In this document: positions 56,901 to 64,000 of the stretch, piece after piece | How positions within the stretch are numbered: position 1 is the stretch's first letter | Layout: each line of letters begins with the position of its first letter | Source: Fimbriosthenelais zetlandica | Taxonomy: Eukaryota | Direction of reading: 5' to 3' | DNA length: 64,000 nt | Assembly: GCA_977030845.1 (NCBI GenBank) | Contig: OZ365110.1 | Location: 20,708,001-20,772,000, forward strand | Translations under genes and position numbers: made by a program | The notes under the pieces: model-generated | Told to the model about the DNA's origin: nothing | The model's database searches: none | Seen by the model: the letters and a program-made list of their open reading frames with translations, nothing else

Positions 56901-57080
56901 TGAGAAGGAGGTTAGGAAGTGTATTTGGCCGGAAGGTATTTCTTAATTGAAAGATCTTTGAAATATTCCTATGTGTCCTATATAATTCTCCACTGAAGAT
57001 TATCCCGCATGAATCTATGAACAAGTATAGGCCTAAACATTCCCTCATTGTTACAAACAATAGTGATATAATATTATGGT

Positions 57081-57241
57081 GAGGAAGGGAAAAAAGTAAA
57101 CAAGGAAGGAAGAAAGGAAGGACGAAATGAAAGGAGGAAGGAAGGGAAGATGGAAGGAAGAAAGGAAAGGAGGAAGGAATTAAAGAACATGAAAGAAGTG
57201 TGATAGAAGGAAAAGTCCAGATATATGAAAGAAGGAAGGAA
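57081..57241. repeat. Degenerate (GGAA)n purine-rich microsatellite; (TTCC)n on the gene's sense strand
   Basis: Many ggaa/ggaag units; explains the low-complexity ORF 56842..57279. Confidence 0.85.
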
Positions 57242-57252
57242 TGTCTTCTCAC

Positions 57253-57407
57253 CTTGGCAGGTGCTTCAGGTCTTTCCACTGTGGTACTTGGGTCGATTTG
57301 ACGCGATCATCTTTCTCATAGAATTCTAGAAGCATGTGAGAGGCAAACTTGTCCCAATCGACCTGTCCTTCCTTTGTGACATCAATCTTATCATACAGCT
57401 CGCCATA
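57253..57407 (-). CDS. WDR49: WDR49-like exon (EF-hand-like loop): YGELYDKIDVTKEGQVDWDKFASHMLLEFYEKDDRVKSTQVPQWKDLKHLP(S)
   Basis: Acceptor cttttgctttcag|TAT, donor AG|gtgaga; 155 nt, phase 0 to 2; overlaps ORF 57249..57434. Confidence 0.93.
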
Positions 57408-60400
57408 CTGAAAGCAAAAGCCACAATGAGGCATTGACCAAAAATGTTTTCACATCCTCTCATTGGTGATAATAACACTAGGTCCTATACAAGAAATAAA
57501 ACAATGAATAAATATCAATCCATTCACATATATTCTTATATCATAAACTAACCCTGTGGTCGAACGGTCATGCAGAACACACCGCCCTTGATGCTATAAT
57601 CCTAATTTATATTTTGACTTTGTCACAGATGAACCATAAGGAGTGAAGTCACTTGTTCTGTTCTGCTGAAGTATGCATATTTTCACTTTTCCCAAGAATC
57701 TCTCGAGATGCATGGGAGGAAGACTAAATAAACCAGACAAGATTCCTAATGTGAAGCGAAAGAAAGGCGGTGTGGAACATTCCTTCCCACTTCATGTACC
57801 CGGCCTTTTTAACACTCAAAATGCCAGTATCTGTCACGAGGGTGGGAATGGGGTTAAGAAAATGCTTTCTGAATGGAGAGATAGGCGTTATCGTGCAATA
57901 ACAATAGGGTGGCCCATTACCAATCTGTTACTGTCGCGATCCAATTACTGTCCTGCCTGTGATTAATTGCTGAAATAACAAAAAGGCCAGCAACATTCAC
58001 CAGTGATCAATCCGTCCATCGTTAAGGCTTATCCATCAAGTGAAATGCTTTTAAAAGAGGACAAAGAAGAAGTCCTTATCTGATTCAATTCTTTGTGGCA
58101 AAATACCACGAGATGAATCTACGGCCGTCAGGAATCCCCACTGCATAAAATCAGATCCCTTCATGATTGCATTCAATATAAATATCTACTCTAGATTCTC
58201 TAAAAGATCAGCCATAGAGTCCAGGCTTGAGTCATTTATCATCCCAGGGTATCGAATTATCCTGAGCAGGCATTTTGTAAAGACTGTTTTCCCCAAATTT
58301 TCAACAATCCCATGATAACTCTTCTACCTGCATGTAAATCTAACAAAAAAAGAAATTCTCATTCAGGGCTCTGCAGCCAACTTTTTCCACTGGTATTCAA
58401 GCCATCACCTTCACAAAATATCAACATGTGTACAGAGGCTTAGATGTCCAAGTGGGAAAGACCAATTTTGGTGCTTCACTTGACTTTAAATGAAATGTAA
58501 TACATGCTCGATATTGGAAGCACTGGCCATGAACACTATTCACATTGCCAGCTTGTTGTCTAAGTGAAATTGGATGGCTCATTATATTTCCTGCTGTTAA
58601 TTAAACTTAACCAATCAATCGGTCACTCAATGAATGTAGCCCTCTTTTCCACGGGCCCTTCACGCGGTGGAATTTCTTGTAGTCAACTTCCCACAAAAAA
58701 AAGAATGAATTGGCGCTTCAGACTATTGCCAAGCAGCAAAAATGAACCATCACAAACCGGCACCAATTTGTACACATGTTGTCCTTGGATTACAGCGCAT
58801 CTGTGAATGCAAAAAGGAGAACAGGAGTGGGGAAAGTGGGCAAGGGTTTGGATAGAGGAGATGCCTGGAGATTTTCAATGCCGAGTCCCATCATGATGGG
58901 CAAACAGTTACGCCAGTAGTGAGAATGCACTGAATAAGGTTTTGTTTCTGGACTCGGGCAAGAAAAATGGATAATCTGAACTTGTTTAAACACAAACTGG
59001 GCATGCTTTCCATCTCAGATCCATAGCAATTTATTTTGAGAGTGTGATGCCAGGCATGTCACTTCAAAAGTGGTCTTCACATGTTAGAAGTCTTCCTCTG
59101 AAAAGTTCTGAGGAAATGAGGGCAGATTTGAGTTGACTTAGAGTTGACTACTGTTTAGCTTGTCAATGTTTCTGGTTTGACCAGCTTGGCAGATGACGGG
59201 AGGAGAAACTATAACCGACCCTTATTCCACCCCCAAATGGATCAGATAAGATTAGCTTCTAGATAAAACCCACAGCTATGAACACATTCTGTACACATTC
59301 CGTCAATATTTGTGCTTGGTTTCCAAGTCGATGGAGCGCAGGACTTCGGAAGTGGCTTCCCTAATGCCAGCAATAGTGGCTTCCTTGAAAACCAAGCTTT
59401 GAGCCCGTCTGGACATTTGCAATTAAAGGACATGAAGTGGAATTGCCTCCCTGTCTACCTCGATCCCTGAATTTAATTTAGAAAGACTGCATAGCTGATA
59501 TTATATACATCATGCACCCAATCCAGATAATTACCAGACACATATTGTTTATCATTTTTTATCAGTTTTTATATCTCAGAATTCAACTCTGAACACCTCA
59601 CAGTAGTATGTTGGTATATTCTTTTCTCGCTTTTTCACTGTATTTGACATTTATAGGTAGGCCTATATACCACCTGTCTTGTCTGAATGATATCCCATAT
59701 GGTACCACCATAATTCAATCTGTTGACAGAAATAGATATTGGAAAATTTGGTCTGAGGGAGTATTGAATTATTCATGGTTGCAGAAAAATCATCATTACG
59801 GAACGATATATACTCACAAATGTAATAGGATCAGGCCATGCAATAGCACTTTTCCTGCTTTGCAAGCCATATAGATTCGCTTGGTTCGTGGCATTATATA
59901 TATGCTCCCATGACATCTAGGCTCCTGCACATTCATCCACACCCATATATATACGTAAGGCATGAATATTGGAAGTCGTGTCATGCCATGAAATTGCATG
60001 GCATATCAGCTGCGACAATGGAGGGACCATTGTCATTGGAATGACCTGGTAGAATCTATAGGAGGGCTATAGGACGGGGGACAGAATGGAGGTATGGTTC
60101 CCACATAACAGAGGACCTATTCTATTTCCCACCATGCCCCTCATATAAGGCCCACAAGCCTCTTGGCTTTCTTAATTTCTCTCCCATTGAAGAAGCATGG
60201 TCTGATATGCAGGTCATGCATGGGCGGTTAGTGACACGCTATTCAGCTGGTGCTTATTGGGTGGACAGGCTTTGCGCTGGTAGCCTACGATTTGTCACCT
60301 CTCCATCTTAAATTTTTTTTCATCACAATCAAGCATCCAGCACATGGCTGGAGACTTATAATAAGTAAGAAGAAAATAAATGGATAGTGCCTGCATGGAA

Positions 60401-63400
60401 TGCATGAAATTCTGGTCAGATATACTCAGTGGAAGTACCTAGAATGAATTATTTCATGTGATTCGGAACGTTTACTCTTCGAATGGGATCTCTATCTAAT
60501 ACTTTTTAAGCCAAAACACCAATTTAATGTATCTAGAGACCGCTTTATGACGGATAATGTTAACATGTGATTTCCTTACTTATAATTATAGTTACATTTT
60601 ATAAGTAGTATAGGTAATCGTACCAATGACCCAGGCCTACTTTCGAGCAGTATATGGAAAATGGAAATGGAAACAGGCTTTCGATAAACAATCAGATCCC
60701 TATTGCATGATTTTTCTGCCTTCAAACCGGAAAAGACAGTTCATATCATTCAACAAGAATCCAATTAAAGAAAGCCACTGTGGAGAGTTCCAGCAATTGA
60801 TTGTCAAACACCCTTTCTTTAAAATTTCCCGGGAGGGAGGTTTTTTTTGCCATTGGGGGACCAATACAATCCTATTGATATTCCAAGTATGAGATGTAGG
60901 AGCTTGGGTCGGAGTATGAGCCACTATCTTGGCTATTTGCACACTTGAGCAGCCATCAGACGGACCCTGCCTGTATATGACACACCCTTTGGGTTAGCCT
61001 GCCCCTGTAGACGCCATACTTCCTTTAAGCACCAGTGACGCGGCACGCTCCCACTCTCAGATAATCTTTCCAATTTCCTTGTCCCCTGTAGAGTCAATAC
61101 ACTTTAGATCCCCAGCATCTTTGCCCACTCCAGCAGGCATCGGAACAGGGTATTGTCTTCCCCAATTCGGACCCCACTTGATAAAGCCTGCATCATCGCA
61201 GGTGGGTTACTCCCCCCACCCCCCACTGCCCTAAGTCTCTCACTGTGGATCCCAATTGTCATCATGACCTTGACAGTGTTGCTCTGACCTTCCCAGTAAA
61301 CCTTATCGTCTTGGAGTCTTTAGATCCAAGTAGACGGTGACTCAGCAGGATTTTCACTTTGGCCCTTTTATACCCTCTTCTGGTGGAACTTGGTGATACC
61401 ATTGCAACTGCTTATCTTTACAATGACCAATCGTGTTAGAAAGTTTTAGCCGATCAACCGGACCAAAGCACCAATCCCGTCCTAATATCAAACCCCGCAT
61501 CCGATAATGTCCCCTAAAGACTCGTGTTTGCATCAACAATAACATGCCAACAGTCGGAAAGACAGTGAAACCACCAAAAGATACAATAACGAAAAACATC
61601 AAGCAGCAGATTTGATTTGGTCTAACAGAGTGGAGTACTTTCTCCTTGCAGCCTCGTCCTATCTTAATCTAGGCAGGCTTTTGTGGCTTCGCTATCTTTT
61701 CAGCTGCCTGCAGGAAGCAGGTTTGTCCTGGGAGGAAAGTGCAATGAAGAGAACTGATGTATCAATCTCAACGAGTTGGATGGGAATCGTAGCAACGCTT
61801 GACGTTGCGATCAGGCTCTGTCCCCAAAGGACACAGACTGCATTGTAAGGCAAATATCTAATAGTGATGGTTAGTGCTCCCAAGTGGTAAGACTGGCCAT
61901 TAGTGAGCCATCTTTCACGCTGGATTTGCAAGCAGCGTTTTAATCATGAGACTGCTCTTGTAGATCACCTTTGATGGGGGAAGCCATCAGGGCTAAATTA
62001 GCCCCGGACACTTCCTTCCACCATTTGTCTAGTTTGTATAGTGCTTCGGCTTATCGCTGAATGGGGTTTTTGAAACAGGCAATAATGTGTGTACAGTCCT
62101 GCTTATTTAATCAACCAAAAAGCTTGATTAAACAAAAAGCATGAAAGTAGAAATAAAAGAGAACACCTCTTCGGTGGTTGGCTTTAGAGTAGATGGCCGA
62201 GAAAAACTTGGACATTGAGAAAGACTTGGACTGGGACCCACAAACTTGTTTTAGCTTTTTTTTAGCAGGAAAACCAGAACACCGGAAAGCAGATGGATCT
62301 CAAGTTTGAGACAAGGCTCAGAGTTGGTCTAACCAGATTGGACGAAGGATAATCTCTTTAATCCTGGGGATCGAGATTATTTGTGACTTAAGGTTTATTG
62401 ATTCTGAGGACCATGTCAATGTCCGTGGGCGAAGAGGTCAATGGAAAGGTGATTTGGGCTGAAATAGAACGGCCAGAAGGCCAGGCGAAGGCGGACCCGA
62501 TCCAATGTCCCCCATCAGACCCAAGACAAGGAGGGCTAACCTTGGAAACAGTCCACTTCTGCCTCGTCTCACTTTCTCCACCGATTAGTCAACTTTCATA
62601 AACCTGAGCACTTGTCAAACAACTAGAGATCTCTAGAGAAGGATTTTTTCTCCTGTAGTTGGGAGGGTGGATCTGGGAAAACAATGGAAAAGAGAAAGAA
62701 AGAAGAAGTGAGTACTGAGAACAAATAAATGCCCAAAAAACGGAAATGAATCATTTTAAGACTTTTTCCTTAGCCGAGGTTATTATCCAAAATTCGATAT
62801 CGCGAGAGTATTATTCAGAAGACCTTATAATTAGTTTGATATTTGGGGAAAATAGTATTTATGCGGATTGTGAAAGTTTGAATGTCAATATGCTTTGACC
62901 TTGTGAGGAAACACAAATGCTGGATGTAATAGGGTGATATATATTCCTCTGTCTGCGCATTTGCCATGCGAGCAAAATGCTTGATACCCAGTCACACGAC
63001 TTAATCACGTGACCTGTCGGGTCTGGCCTTGCCCCTGGAGGCTGGCCTGGAGGAAGGAACATGGAGGAAGCAGGAGGATGTGTCATGAGAGCATCCTTCC
63101 TCTTGACGACCTTCTCTCCCGGAAGGGTCACTCTGCTTGTTGAGATGGCATTTCCGGGGGAGCACCTTTCATCTCTGATCATGTCGGCAATCATTCTCAA
63201 TGAACATGATGGTGATTAGTACACGATGCGCCGCTCTAACCCCCAATAGACTAACTCGTATCATAACACACTTTCTATCTCACTGTCACAGACATTGTTA
63301 TCCCTCCACCCGGCCCGCTTTCTCACCTGGGACATGCGACGCCCACACTGAAGCTCCCTTCCCTCATTTGCTCCCGTCGTCCTCTCCCAGAACAGAAATG

Positions 63401-64000
63401 TGTCTCTGCCGGCTCGTAAGCAGGCGACATCCCTTCATTAAACTCATTCTTCCTCCACCCTTTTTTCATACCAATTCAAGTCGGTAACGCCAACCACAAT
63501 ATAAACCTTTTTCCTCCCTCTCTTCCTTCTCTCGGGCTCTATCACGGCTTTTTAAGCCCCAAAGTATAGACTTGAAATGCCTCAATGGTGGTATTTTCGT
63601 CTGACCAAGAAGTCGGTAGGCGAGGGAAAACACATTTCCTGGGACAAGGAACAAATTACTGCTTATCTCCCACACGCGATCGGATCGGGCGGCTCCATCT
63701 TGAAGACTTGGAATTTCGCGTGCTTCCCACTGGAGTATTTCATCATCCTTGTTTGTGCTCCACTTGAGACCCTCCGCAGACTAGGAAATGCATCAGGATA
63801 ACTCCTGGCTTCCCTGCCGCCCCTTTATTTTATATAATTGATATGTGATATTGGCTTTCCAAGGGGAGGAAAGAAAACACAACCTCGATGATTAAGTTTG
63901 TACCAATGGATGCCACAGACTTTTTGCGAACGATTTAAAAACGCATAATTCTATAGGGTATCATGATACTTTTACTGATGGAGCTTTTCTTGACGTGTAC

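Noticed and set aside
60626-60892. SDPYC motif suggesting a C2 domain
   Set aside because: A five-residue match only; the rest of the ORF lacks a C2 beta-strand pattern and good splice sites.
62167-62235. Candidate upstream exon ending ...PTTEE|gtgttc
   Set aside because: Ser/Pro-rich and unlike the expected EF-hand helix; weak donor and no acceptor.

Overview
Eukaryotic (animal, probably marine invertebrate) genomic DNA that is almost entirely intronic. The one protein-coding gene I can support is on the minus strand: an EF-hand + WD40-repeat ciliary/sperm protein of the WDR49 (CFAP337)/EFCAB8/insect WDY family. I reconstructed 11 consecutive internal GT-AG exons by hand (57407 down to 24613, 1263 nt, 421 codons). 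All splice phases are compatible and there is no stop codon. Neither end of the gene was found: no upstream exon recognised in 57408-64000 and no downstream exon in 1-24612. The ORF track is otherwise noise. I see no prokaryotic-type system, CRISPR array, RNA gene or intact transposon. The best second-look items are near-perfect RFX X-boxes deep inside introns of this ciliary gene, the apparently very long (>=24.6 kb) intron or truncation after the last exon, a degenerate EF-hand, and a recurrent TAGGCCTA palindrome.
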